NCBI RefSeq assembly: GCF_002571385.2
Contig: NW_019217832.1
Span: forward strand, 77,427 to 141,426
Length of the DNA stretch: 64,000 nucleotides
Source of the DNA: Stylophora pistillata
Lineage: Eukaryota
Reading direction: 5' to 3'
Below the pieces are notes generated by a model. The model saw only the letters and a list, made by a program, of their open reading frames with translations. It had not been told where the DNA came from and searched no databases. The position numbers and the translations under genes were made by a program. Positions 1-24,234 of this stretch are shown here, in pieces. The stretch's first letter is position 1. Every line of letters begins with the position of its first letter.

Positions 1-666
1 TACACGTCAACTTCAATTCACACCAAGTTTTCGGTGTTATGTACTTATGTAATTGGCCGCATTTTCAACTTTTAATTAAAATCAATTAACAGCTTTACCT
101 AATTGACTGTTAAGCCGACAAATGAAAAAAAAAAAAAAAAAAACCTTGGGATTCTAAGCATTTATGAGCAATTAAGAAGTGTTTTAATTCGTCATTTAAC
201 TTCGATGAAACAATTTCGACGTTCCTGTTTTCAACACCACTTCTAAATCTCTTCCACCACCTCTTAACATCGCTGTGGCTACATTAACATTTCAAATTCT
301 ATACATTCTGTCTCTCGGAAATAATGTTTATACAAGTTTGTACAGTGGTATTGTTTACAAATAATATACCTTTTTTGAATAGAAATTCATATTAAACCAT
401 ATACATCTGAATACGATCGCTGTTTCCTTCATAAATACAATCCCTCCATTGCTAACAATACGAAATGAAGATACAAAAAATATTTACTACTAATACGATT
501 TACGCATCCGTGACTGAAATCGCATTAATTATTCTTCAGTAATTTCCTTTCCGTGGACAGTTAATTGTCAGGTAACTTTGTATTATTAAAATGCTGTGCA
601 CGCATGCATGTACGTATTGAGATTTTGTTTCTTGAGGCAGAACAATAACGAACACCAGTTAAATAA

Positions 667-12611
<11,945 letters not shown>

Positions 12612-13660
12612 CTATTCTAATACCCATCATTTGAAATTATTTAAACCTGACGCGCGCTAAGCATAGCAATCTTTGTACCCGCTGAGAGCCTGGCACGAAT
12701 CTATCCAAATGACACACCAGCGGCACCGTAAATGTAAAATATGGATTGTGGAACAGAAGATCACAGACGACGCAAAACGATTACGACTATGCTGAGAGCA
12801 TCCTACCAAAAGCATTAACCTTGGTTGTATGCAATTATAAGAGGAACCGTTCTTTGACCAACACGCTCCATGCATTTCTGCCCTCATGAAACCACTTTAA
12901 TTTACATTACGAATTATAAAAATAGACCTGATGACAAATTACACACTCATAGACACTCTACATTGTTTTTTTTCCCATATTCCACCCTACTCTTTTTTTT
13001 CTTTATTTATTAGGGTTTTCTGTTGTTGTCCACTTATCTGTTTGTAAACGGCCCCAAATCTACTTCAGACTACATTTGTTAAGCACCATGAGGAAATAGT
13101 AACTCTGAAATTGTCAGAGAGAAAATACTCTCGATTCAACAGGCTTTGCTGCGCTCCTGGTAATTTCTCCTCACATTGTTCGTTGCACTCTGGTTTTTTT
13201 TTCCCTTTTTTTCGTGAGGGGGAAACCTATAATTTGCTCAGTTAGTCAACTATATAATGAGAAAGGTTCTGATGAATGTATTTATGTTTTTTGTAACCTT
13301 TGAAGCTCAAAGACTTTTGGAAGCAATTGCTCCAGAAATGTATAAAGCACTTACAGCTATTTTTTGTGAAGCATATTAGTTTGAGGAGTCCTAGCTTATT
13401 TAATGATATCTAAGAATCATTGCCTTGAATTCTTCAATGTTTGTTGGTCATTGCTATCACAAATTCAAAGACTTGTGGTGTCTAGCCTTATGATTGCCCT
13501 GTGTTGGTAATCCAAAGTCAACAGGCAGCCCATGATCAAGCTAGAAAGCCTTCTCTTAAACTCTCTTCATTATTTCTAGACAGTTCTCTTGATGTTGACC
13601 ACAACTGGCTATCTCAGCTCATTTGCGATACATCCCAGTGACTAGGGTCATGGAAGTACC

Positions 13661-16600
13661 TCATCCAGGCTTTCCTGGTTTTCTAAATTTAGCTTGTACA
13701 AATATCCTTGGAACATCAACTCCTTCTTTTTTATTAACTGTCCTCCTGTGAGCATAATCACTGACTAATGTTTCAAATCCAGCCTGGTGGAAAAGCTTCT
13801 CAACCAAATCTGTGAAAGCAACACAAGGGAAAAAAAAAACATTGTGACAAGGAAATAAACTTTCTCAATAATTCTTACTATAAAAAGGTTACCAACCATA
13901 GAAGTTCTAGTAAGCCCCTTCCTCTAAAGAGACCTCTCTCTGAGGGTTCCCTTCTCTATCAATTCCTCCCTCACTTATACACCTGCCTCTTTATCAAGCC
14001 CCCTCTCTAATTACTCCGCTACTCTAGAAATTCAAGTTTCAAATAGGCCTTCCTTCTCTAAATGAGCATCTTCTTTATTGAGCTATGTTCTATATTATTG
14101 GAAAACTCAGTACCTAGCAAGGGAATTCCAGGTAAAATTGCATGTGAAAACTGATATTGTACCTCCCCTTCTCTATCAAGTCTCTCTGTCTAACACATCT
14201 CCCTCTCCAATAAGCCCCCTTTCCACAAAGTACCGCTCTCTATTAAATCCCCATTCTTTACAAAACCTCCCTCTCTAATAAGCCCCCTCTCTAATAAGTC
14301 CCCCTCTCTATTTTGCCTCTCTGTCTAAAACATCTCCCTTTCTAATAAGCCCCCCATCTAAGAAGTACCCCTCTCCATTATATCCCCTTCTCTATAAAAC
14401 CTCCCTTTTTGATAAGCCCCTATCTAATAAGTCTCCCTATCTAATAAGTCCCCCTCTCTATCAAGTCCCCTTCTCTATTTTGCATCTCTAAAACATCTCC
14501 CTCTCTGATAAGCCCCCTACCTAAGGAGCACCCCTCTCTATTAAATCCCCTTCTCTAGAACTCCTCCCCCTCTGATAAGCACCCTGTCTAAGACGTCCCC
14601 CTCTCTATCGAGTTCCCTTCTCTATTTTGTCTCTCTTTCTAGAACTCCTCCCCCTCTAATAAGCCCCCTGCCTAAGAAGTTCCCCTCTCAGTCAAGTTCC
14701 CTTCTCTATTTAGTCCCTCTTTCTAGAACATCTCCCCCTCTGATAAGCCCCCTGTCTAAGAAGTCACCCTCTCTATCAAGTTCCCTTCTCTATTTTGCCT
14801 CTCTTTCTAGAACATCTTCCCCTCTAATAAGCCCCCTGTCTAAGAAGTCCCCCTCTCTATCAAGTTCCCTTCTCTATTTTGCCTCTCTTTCTAGAACATC
14901 TTCCCCTCTAATAAGCCCCCTGTCTAAGAAGTCCCCCTCTCTATCAAGTTCCCTTCTCTATTTTGCCTCTCTTTCTAGACCATCTCCCCCTCTAATAAGC
15001 CCCCTATCTAAGAAGTCCCCCTCTTTATCAAGTTCCCCTCTCTATTTTGCCTCTCTTTCTAGAACATCTCCCCCTCTAATAAGCCCCCTGTCTAACTAAG
15101 TCCCCCTCTCTATCAAGTTCCCTTCTCTATTTTGCCTCTCTTTCTAGAACTCCTCCCCCTCTAATAAGCCCCCTGTCTAAGAAGTCCCCCTCTCTACGAA
15201 GTTGGCTTCTCTATTTTGCCTCTCTTTCTAGAAGATCTCCCTCTCTGATAAGCCCCTTGTCTAAGAAGTCCCCCTCTCTATCAAGTTCCTTTCTCTATTC
15301 AGTCTCTCTGTCCAAAACATCCACCTCTCTGACAAACCCCCTCTCCATTGAGCCCCCTCTCTAATAAGCCCCCTTCTCTAATAAGTCCCCCTCTCTAATA
15401 AGCCCCCTCTCCAATAAGCTCCCCTTGCTGCAATGCCCCCTTCTCCTTCAGTTATCGACAAGTTGTCATAGAGGAAACACAAGCGAAACAGAATTTTCTT
15501 TTAGAAATAAAAGTAAGAGGGACAACAAATAAAATTTGAATTTAGGAAAAGGACAAGGATGATAAGAGGACTTCAACTTACCTTTTGAAAAATAATAAGC
15601 TCTGGTGCCATCTTGTCTGACATAAAAGTTAACTGACAGCTTGTTAGCAGGACTAAATCTTAACATGGCGTGGTCGTATAACCCATAATCACGAAAGAAC
15701 AGCAATCCACCTGGCTTGAGAACCTTGTTTGGATGAAAAAAATATTAAATAATGGTAAAAATTAATGTTCTATTGTGTCGAAGTTTACTGTGTGTGTGTT
15801 GTCCTTACCAAGCTGCAACAGAAAAAACTTAAGAAGATCAAGCCAGGCCTTTTTCATTTTGTCCGTTTAGTTATTAAAGTTACTGTCACCTCAGAAACAA
15901 GTAGACAGTAAACATACAAGCCACCGGTGCTGCAGGAGAACACTCATATGACCCTGGTAAAACTAGTTTGATGTCATAAAACTAACTGTTTACTTTGTGG
16001 GTGACCTATGAGAAGAATGTTTGATAAATTAATGAGAGCAATCACTAAAGTTTACTTTTTTACCTGTATTATATTATGAAGAACAGTCAACATTTTATCT
16101 GGATGGACAGCAGACAGGACAAACACCAAAGTTGCAATGTCCACACTACATTTTAACACATGGGACTCCAAAGCATCCACTGTTAGGTCACAATGGAAGG
16201 CATTTACTTTTTCTTCACTAAATGTGGGATGTTCCTTGACAAAAGTCAAACAAAATTTCTTGACAACAGTACATGAGAAGGGATGATAAGGGGTTATCAA
16301 ATCCAGGGCTCAACACTAACTTTTCAACTTACTAGCCAAGTGGCTAGTGACATTTTATATGTTACCACAATTTCAGTTTGTTTACTAGCCAAACTGGCCG
16401 GTGGAAATAAAAAACCACTAACAAAGCTGAATTTCTACTGGTCTGTGGCTTGTAGGCTACTGTTAGTGTCACGCCCTGAAATCTGTCAATCAGTGTTATT
16501 TTTTGGTGCAATCCATCAAGGCAACGTTATTTGGGTTGAATCTGAATTACCAGACATTCCAAGCTATGATTGTACGGCACAAGTAAATATATGCTCATTG

Positions 16601-18095
16601 GTACAATGGAGGAACAATAAACCTTTTCCCTCTGCCATCAATGGAGTGTAAACCATTAGAATTCTAAAGAGTACACTAACCATTCCCACATTGTCATCAA
16701 ATTTGCTAAAAATTCTTACCTTCACAAAATCAATGGCTCTTTTTGAAAAATCACATGCATGAATGAAGAGATTTGGGATTTCCTCAAGTAATGGGTAGAA
16801 CAGATTTCCAACTCCACATCCAGCCTCCAATAAAACTTTGCTTGTATCAATATCTGACTTGAGTTCAATAAAGAAAAATTCCTTTCAGATTTGGAAAGCC
16901 ACCATAGCTTCTCATGGATCAACCAATGACTTTCTCTTACAGGGCTCGACATTAATGGTAGCCACAGACTAATAGAAATTCAGTTTTGGCTAGTGGTTTT
17001 CAATTTCTATGAGCCAGTTTGGCTAGTAAACAAACTGAAATTCTTGTTAGTAACATCTAAGACAACACTAGACACTTGGCTAGTAAATTGAAAAGTTTGT
17101 GTCGAGCCCTGTCTAATCAATCTCATACAGCCTACCCCTAGTATGGGTTAACCAAAATAACTGATGCTACTTAAACTTGGCCTGCACCAACCTCTTAGTG
17201 AGAGGTGAGGAGTAAATGTTAATGAGTGGGGGGGGGTGGAATAGTAGGGTCATTTTGCAAGATGAATGAGAGAAGACTGTTATAATTCCCTATTTAATTC
17301 TCCCAATTTTTTTTTCATTCATCCCCACGTGACCTGTGCCATCTGAAAACAAAAAACAAAAAAAAACAAGCATATTCTTCTTTGAATTGAATCAGATTTC
17401 CCTCTCCCTGTAGATGCAAGTTTTAAATGGATGATGACAGTTATCTACAATAGTATTTATATTCCCTAACAAAGATTTGTGATTGGTCAAAAAAATTCTC
17501 CACACTCTTGCAGAGTGAGATTCAAAATCAACACCAGCCATGCTTGGTGAACTTACTAATTCTGCATTTTATTTGTTCTTACTTTGAGTCCTCATTGCTT
17601 CCTTATGGACCCTTGTGACATTTTCCTTTATTGTGATTGGCTATTGTGCTTTATTTGGTTCCTCTATTGTGATTGGCTGTTGGGATTTGTGCTTTCTTTG
17701 GTTCCTCTATTGTGATTGGCTGTTGTGATTACTTTGGTTCCTTTGTTGTGATTGGCTGACATGGTTTCTTAGGTTTGGCTTTAACAGCACTCATTCTACA
17801 TTCCCTCTATTCCACCACAAATAGATACAACCCTTATCGTATTTTTTTTAATTTAGCATAACGTTCTTACCTCACTATTTCTACCGTCAAATAACAGCTC
17901 TTTAAATTCTGCAGTGGTCCAGTGTCTGTCTTTGAAAAAGTTTGTGGCGTTTCTCTTATAAAATAAATCCCAATTTTTTTGGGCTTCTTTTTCTAGCTTA
18001 TTCTGCTTAAATTCTGACACGATCTTGCTATCGTCATCAAGTTTTTTCTTCTCGTCTTCTGTAAGGACACGAAAATTAATAACTTCGTCCGCCAT
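13661..18095 (-). CDS. METTL6: tRNA m3C methyltransferase METTL6, 274 aa. Exons 18095-17871, 16857-16720, 16234-16064, 15723-15582, 13809-13661
   Basis: EKEAQKNWDLFYKRNATNFFKDRHWTT; SAM motif I LEAGCGVGN; HACDFSKRAI; FVLSAVHPDKM; VLKPGGLLFFRDYGLYDHAMLRF; FYVRQDGTRAYYF; TVNKKEGVDVPRIFVQAKF. The frame is continuous over 825 nt. Confidence 0.95.
13895..15445. repeat. Minisatellite of ~17-bp units (ctctaataagccccct-like) with an 84-bp higher-order period in its core, in METTL6 intron 4
   Basis: tctctattttgcct recurs at 14787, 14871 and 14955 (84-bp spacing). The flanks decay into 17-bp monomers. Confidence 0.9.
16304..16478 (+). mobile_element. ~175-bp MITE with CAGGGCTCGACA-type terminal inverted repeats (copy A)
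   Basis: Ends cagggctcaacact ... agtgtcacgccctg, with aaatc on both flanks. It is the reverse complement of copy B at 16940-17111; a truncated third copy lies at ~47300-47437. Confidence 0.75.
16940..17111 (-). mobile_element. ~170-bp MITE (copy B, inverted relative to copy A)
   Basis: Ends cagggctcgaca ... tgtcgagccctg (12-bp perfect TIR). Internal ccagtttggctagtaaacaaactgaaatt is the reverse complement of the matching block in copy A. Confidence 0.8.
17626..17760. repeat. Four degenerate tandem copies of ~35 bp containing TTGTGATTGGCT (reverse CCAAT box) in METTL6 intron 1
   Basis: ttgtgattggct is repeated four times with ttggttcct spacers. Confidence 0.7.
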
Positions 18096-18212
18096 TACTA
18101 ATGTTAACAACCGCTGACTGACGTAAGTATTTCCCATAAGGGTTTGCGAAACGGAAGTTAGTATCCCATAATCCACCACTTACATGCAAGGGATCGCGCT
18201 ACGAAAGTCAAC
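18096..18212. promoter_or_regulatory. Putative bidirectional promoter, METTL6 (-) / SUMO (+)
   Basis: Only 117 bp separate the two inferred ATGs. The interval contains a CRE-like TGACGTAA (~18119) and an ETS-like CGGAAGT (~18152). Confidence 0.7.
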
Positions 18213-20811
18213 ATGTCGGAGGAAAATAAGGTAATTTGACTGAACGAGAATTCTTTCTACATTTTACAAGTTATTTAAATCCTAGGGAATTTATATAAAA
18301 TTTTTTTCTCTTAGGAGGTAAAGCCCGAATCGGAACACATCAACCTGAAAGTGATGGGTCAGGTAAGCCGCCACTGATTTCGTTGTTCTGGTGTTCAGCG
18401 TGGAACCGCGGTGCTAGTTTATACCCTCGAAAGAAAATGACGTTGAAAACCTTCCTCAAGGAAGATGATTTTTCTCATATTATTGGTGGCTCGGGATAGG
18501 TTTGGGTTCAACTATCACGGTATTGATTGCAAATTGAGACTACACCGTCGATCTAAGTACATAAAAAACTCTAGTGAGAACAAGGAATTTGAAATCTACT
18601 TTAACTTCCTACACTACGGCTGTTACACTTTCGAAATCCTTCCCATTTTACCAGAAAAATGGCGCGTTTTTCGATATTCGAAACCGTTATGATTTGGTTT
18701 CCTGGAACGGTACCGATGTCCCGTGCTGTTTTGTTGATAACTGTGATTTGTGTATATTGTGTTCTGTGGCGGGAAACGCAACACACGTGCTTGTGTCGAT
18801 TCGTAAAAGGCCACTCTGATGTTCCTTTCGTTGCAACTCTTTCACTCGACGAGCTTGTCTTTTTGCTACACAGGACAACACAGAAGTACATTTTAAGATC
18901 AAGAAAACCACCCAACTAAAAAAACTCAAGCAAGCATACTGCGATCGCCAGGTTTGACAGTCTCGAATCAAACATTCTCGCTATTGTGCTTGTGCTTAGT
19001 CATTTATGTGCCTACGTTGGTTGTCATATTTCCACGCTGTTGTCGTAAATTTAGATTGATGATCATTTCCTTTACTCTCATGAACTTTACATTTAATAAG
19101 GGGGTGACACTGTGGGGAGATATAAGAAGGGTTGATTCATGTATTTTTGTAAACGTAAACAAAGGTAGCTTTTACAAAAACGTAGATTTCTCAAATTAAA
19201 AACTATAACTACAAACAGTAAAGAACAGTAGAGGGAGGTGCAAGTTTCTCGACTGATCAGAGCAATTGTAGACCAAAATTCCTGTGTCATGTTTGACACT
19301 AAATTGAACTTTCCTCTTTTTGTAATTACTTCATACTTCTCTTAACCAGAAAAATGAACATATCATCATTAAAATGTGCTGTTCTTAATAGGAAGGCCTG
19401 TAATAAATACAAATTTACCATAAAGAAATCTACAGTCAAACTTTGATTATAAATAAACCTATCAGCATTGAAAAATGATGGTCTTACAGGAAAGCTTGTA
19501 ATAAAGTTTAAAACCCAGATGCACTATCAAGAAATATAGGGTCAAACCTTGATTTTTGGGATATGTAAGGACTGCACTGATTAGTTTGGATAATGGAAAA
19601 TAAATGGCCCGACAATAAAACTAAATACGTATCATTTAAATCTTACCAACATCATTTGACATCAAACCAAAATACTGAGGTAAATCAGTTTGTTTCAAGC
19701 TGGTAAAGTTTGTGCATCACTACTTCTGTAATTCTTGGAAGCTGCATTAGCAAAATAGTGACAACATTGCTTTGTCTTTGCATCTATGTTAAACGCTTCC
19801 TAAAAGATTCACCAGCTTTGGAAAGTGGAACAAATTCAGTTCCAACTGGACTTTCTCTATGCCTGCTTTGTTTGATGGAAAATAGTTGTTATGGATCTTT
19901 TAGTTATGTTCTGTTTGTCTGTTTGTGTGAGAGCCTGAACAAACCGATTTAAAATTGGTGATATTGTAATCGCCCTTGCCAAGATGCCCTTGAGGAAAAA
20001 ATGAAAAATAATGGATCTCAAATTTGATTCATTAATATTCATTCAAAAAATGTGATCAGAGATGCAAGTCCAGATAATGAAAAATCAGGATAACCAAGGT
20101 CCAGATAATTGCAGTTTGACTGTATCTGTTAAAAGTTTAAACTTATACATTTTCAAAGATATGATCACACTGAGACAATAACAGTTTCTTAGTATTTAGC
20201 CAGCAAATGGTACATGTATTGTGAATTCATGCTAAGGGATTTGTTGTCTTCTTTTTTCAGGGCGTACCTCTTAATTCACTTCGGTTTCTTTTCGATGGCC
20301 AGAGAATAAACGATGATCAAACTCCAAAAGATGTAAGTATTAGAAAACATTTTAAAGATGGTTTTGAAGATCAGATCTCTCCATAAAAAATAGCTGAAGT
20401 TACATTTCCCTCCATGACATGGCTATCACCCTTTTCAAAATTGAAGGTTGCTCACCATTTGACACCCAAATATATTTTAGCTCAGAGAAACCCAATTTTG
20501 GTACTGGATATGGATTGATGAAAATTTAATCATGAAATAACATCAAACTATGCTATTAATTAAGGTTTTGGCTAATTTTGCTATAAGACATTTTCATTGC
20601 ATTGTTTTCTCTACATATATTTTTGGTAGAAGATTGATTGTTTTTGTAGAGAAAGTCCAACAAGTGTGGTGACTCCTGACTTAAATTCACTACTCTTGTG
20701 ATCAACATGTGATGTTTTTCTCCTATTACAGTGATTAATTTTTTTTTGCAGCTCGAAATGGAAGACGACGATGTAATCGAAGTTTACCAGGAACAGACGG
20801 GAGGGCGATGA
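18213..20811 (+). CDS. SUMO1: Small ubiquitin-like modifier (SUMO1-like), 91 aa. Exons 18213-18230, 18315-18362, 18874-18951, 20261-20332, 20752-20811 (absent from the ORF track)
   Basis: Spliced product [91 protein letters not shown]. All introns are GT-AG, phase 0. The SUMO call is firm; the paralog label is less certain. Confidence 0.93.
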
Positions 20812-21241
20812 ATTTTATCCAAAGCTTAACAGTAACATCCATATAAGTTTGTTTTGTTCTCCTGCAGCTCAAAGGATATCATATTTCGACTTTTGTTCAA
20901 TAGACAGGGTTCATTCTGAATAACCAAAAGGTTGCTTTTTATGAATGGGACTTTATGCATAAACCAGCATTTTATATGTCAACCACTAATATGCATAAGG
21001 GACTTGTTCTGATTAGTTTTGTTTCTTTTTGTTGTGAATAGTTTCAGACATTTTTTCCACTTCCATTTATTTAGAATTGTCCTTTTATAATTTGTTAGTT
21101 AAGTGTGCAGTGCGTCTTTATAAAATCAACAGCTTAGAATCATTAAAGTTGTTCTTTCAATTATGTTTTGCTCTCTCTCATGGGAACAGATTCCCAAAGT
21201 AGAGGAAATCACATGAACACAAGTGTGTCATGATTTGACCC

Positions 21242-21869
21242 TTAACCCATTAATAGCTGCAGCTTTTGTGAAAAACTGTGTTTTGAAGCTAGGCAAGCAG
21301 ATTTTGGGTCACTGTTGTGGTTTTAAGAGCTCAAACTTACCACTAACTCATTCATAGCTTGTACACTCGAAGGCCTTTCAATCCAAATGCAAAATGGCAG
21401 CCTGAAAATCTCGGGCAGGCGCTTAAAGCAAAATTTCGAGATAGTNTTTGGGTTGAAAAGTAATGCCCCACTTACGACTTTTACTTTTCTCTCTTTCTCC
21501 TGCCCTTTTTTTCCCCTTTCCTTGCCTGAAGTTTCTCCTCACTTGCTGGAAATTTAGTAGGCTTCATTTTGGTGTAGAGATTTTTTAGGAAACTACTCAT
21601 TATTTTCAAACCATATGCACAGAAAGGTAGGTGGGTAATGTAACAAGATTTTCGTACAGATTTTCAGGTCAAAGTTACATGGTTTTTTGGCTATTTCTCC
21701 AATCTCCTTCACTCAATTGCGCTCATTCTGGTATCGTTAGTAAGATATTTTCAACCTGTTGAAGTACGTGCTCAAAGTCGTGCTCCAGGGTTAAAAGTGA
21801 TGACGTCACAAGGAGTAGAAAGGGTGTGGTTCCACATGGGCGCTTACGGGTGCACTGGTCAATATGTTA
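21242..21869. mobile_element. Possible non-autonomous DNA element with TTAA-bounded imperfect TIRs
   Basis: Starts ttaacccattaatagctgca and ends tgcactggtcaatatgttaa (imperfect inverted match); no ORF. Confidence 0.35.
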
Positions 21870-22129
21870 AAACCCCTTTTAATTCCTCCATGAAATAGTA
21901 ATGCTGAATCATTCTTGAAGTTCTTGAGGATAAAGGAAATGATTGCCAACCCAAGGTTACCTGCTTTGCCGCTTGCATGATTTCTGCCCCATGCTGCTTC
22001 TTTGTGTGTGACTGCTTGCATATGTGGTCTGGCAATCTGTCATGGCCATGTCACTTAAGTCATACGAATGTTCACCGCTATCCCAGCATTTCCATTTGGC
22101 AAGCCCAGTTATCAGCTTAACATATAATC

Positions 22130-22945
22130 AGTGCAATGAAATATATGAGGTTCATGTATTTTGAACTGCGGTATTAGATACGTATGATGCACGATCCTCG
22201 CAGTAGATAGCGATATTTAAGCAATAGCGAAAATCAGACCTGAAAAAAAATCAGGCCTGTATGGGATTCGAACCACTGACCCCTGCGATACTAGTGCAGC
22301 GCTCTACCAATTGAGCTAACAAGCCAACTGGGAGCAGGCCGTTAAGTTGATTCGTAATAAACCCGTGAAAGTGATAAATNNNNNNNNNNNNNNNNNNNNN
22401 NNNNNNNNNNNNNNNNNNNNNNNNNNNNNNNNNNNNNNNNNNNNNNNNNNNNNNNNNNNNNNNNNNNNNNNNNNNNNNNNNNNNNNNNNNNNNNNNATTT
22501 ATCACTTTCACGGGTTTATTACGAATCAACTTAACGGCCTGCTCCCAGTTGGCTTGTTAGCTCAATTGGTAGAGCGCTGCACTAGTATCGCAGGGGTCAG
22601 TGGTTCGAATCCCATACAGGCCTGATTTTTTTTCAGGTCTGATTTTCGCTATTGCTTAAATATCGCTATCTACTGCGAGGATCGTGCATCATACGTATCT
22701 AATACCGCAGTTCAAAATATATGAACCTCATATATTTCATTGTACTGATTTATCACTTTCACGGGTTTATTACGAATGAACTTAACGGCCTGCTACCAGT
22801 TGGCTTGTTAGCTCAATTGGTAAGAGCGCTGCACTAGTATCGCAGAGGTCAGTGGTTCGAATCCCGTACAGGCCTGATTTTTTTCAGGTCTGATTTTCGC
22901 TATTGCTTAAACAGCCCTATCTACTGCGAGGATCGTGCCTCATAC
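22130..22945. repeat. tRNA-derived ~250-bp repeat units: one copy on - (22130-22379), an N-gap (22380-22496), then two tandem copies on + (22497-22745, 22747-22945)
   Basis: Each unit has GGCTTGTTAGCTCAATTGGTAGAGC...GGTTCGAATCCC..ACAGGCC (A and B boxes, AGT in the anticodon-like loop) followed by a T-run. The copies on either side of the gap are near-perfect reverse complements. Confidence 0.85.
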
Positions 22946-24234
22946 TTAACATATAATGGCTTCCATTTTGGCCCTTATTCTTATGAAGCCAATACACCCC
23001 CAGTCCTCCCCCCTTCCTTCTGCCTTAGAGCTTCCTGCTTGGAAAATGCAAATTCTGATAAGTCCATCGGGAAATTTCTGCAAACTTGTATAGAAGAAGT
23101 TCATACCTGCAAAATCAACTTCTGCCTTAATTATATTTCACCTACTATTCCAACAAAGTATCTTCAAGGTAGTTGCACTGTTTGCCTCAAGTGGTGAAAT
23201 TTATACCTCCTATCTTTAACATTATGGTCTATAATCAGAGCATTTCTCCTGGAAAGGTTTAGAATTTCCCAATTCTTTGTTGGGAGGGCTGGAGAGCAGC
23301 TCTTCCCCCCACCCCAGGTTAGCAGGTACAGCTAAATTTACAGATATCACACTGCTGTTTTCCATTTTACTTTATTTCTTTAATCAAATCAGATGCTTTA
23401 AACAATGAAATATTTTAAATTTCACCTTAAGTACACTTCTACATGTACTACCTATGCTGTTTGAAAGTTGTGAAAACTGGACAAAATAGACTTCACTCCG
23501 TTTCAGCCTGTACAATATCTTTCCTGTTTTCCTAGCTGTTTATTTCAACCCATTTTAAACCAAACAAATATTTTAAGAAATAATGATTCTGTAGAATGCC
23601 AGGAGTTTTTCAGGGTTCAAGAGACAATCCAAAGTATTTGTTTTGCTACAACACAAACTTAACTTACAAAAATTAATGTTAGATGAAGAAGCTGTGAGAA
23701 CAAAGTTATTTTGCAAGAATACCTGCAATAGGTCCAATTAAACAAAAAACTGGCAAAGTATCTTGTAATAGCTTGGGATTTTTCACCATCGTAAGCAGAT
23801 TAACCTACCTACTGATATGCTTTAACTTCAACCTGAACATTTCCCAAGTAAACAGTATTTAGATTCAATGTCACAGATCCTTTGAGACTGTTGGCATAAA
23901 TCCGTTTATAAAAATTAAAATACTACTACAATTTCTGTGCTTGTTCTTTGTGAGTAGCAGATTATCTCCAGCAAAACTGGAAAACAAAAGTAAAACCATT
24001 TCTGCACGAATTGTTAAGCCTGGATTCCACCATCACGTTTAATATTATCTCTGCAAGATTAAAAGAAAAGCTTTTGTATTATTTAGAAAGCAGTCATATT
24101 GGAAAATATTATAAGTTTATTTTGTCTGCTATTTGGTAACACAAGCAAACAGTTCTGCCCTGGTTGTTTTTGTACAAGCTAGAGAGAATCATAATTTGAT
24201 TCAAAGATGGAAAATTTGTCTATAACTTTTTATG

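Noticed and set aside
18465-18971. Cluster of overlapping ORFs on both strands
   Set aside because: They lie in SUMO intron 2 and exon 3; only 18874-18951 is supported as coding.
22550-22622. tRNA-Thr(AGT)-like cloverleaf
   Set aside because: The T-stem and anticodon stem contain mismatches, and the sequence sits in a multi-copy ~250-bp repeat unit; treated as a tRNA-derived repeat, not a tRNA gene.
22251-22625. Identical 92-aa ORFs on both strands (also 53853-54098)
   Set aside because: Artefacts of reading through N-gaps.
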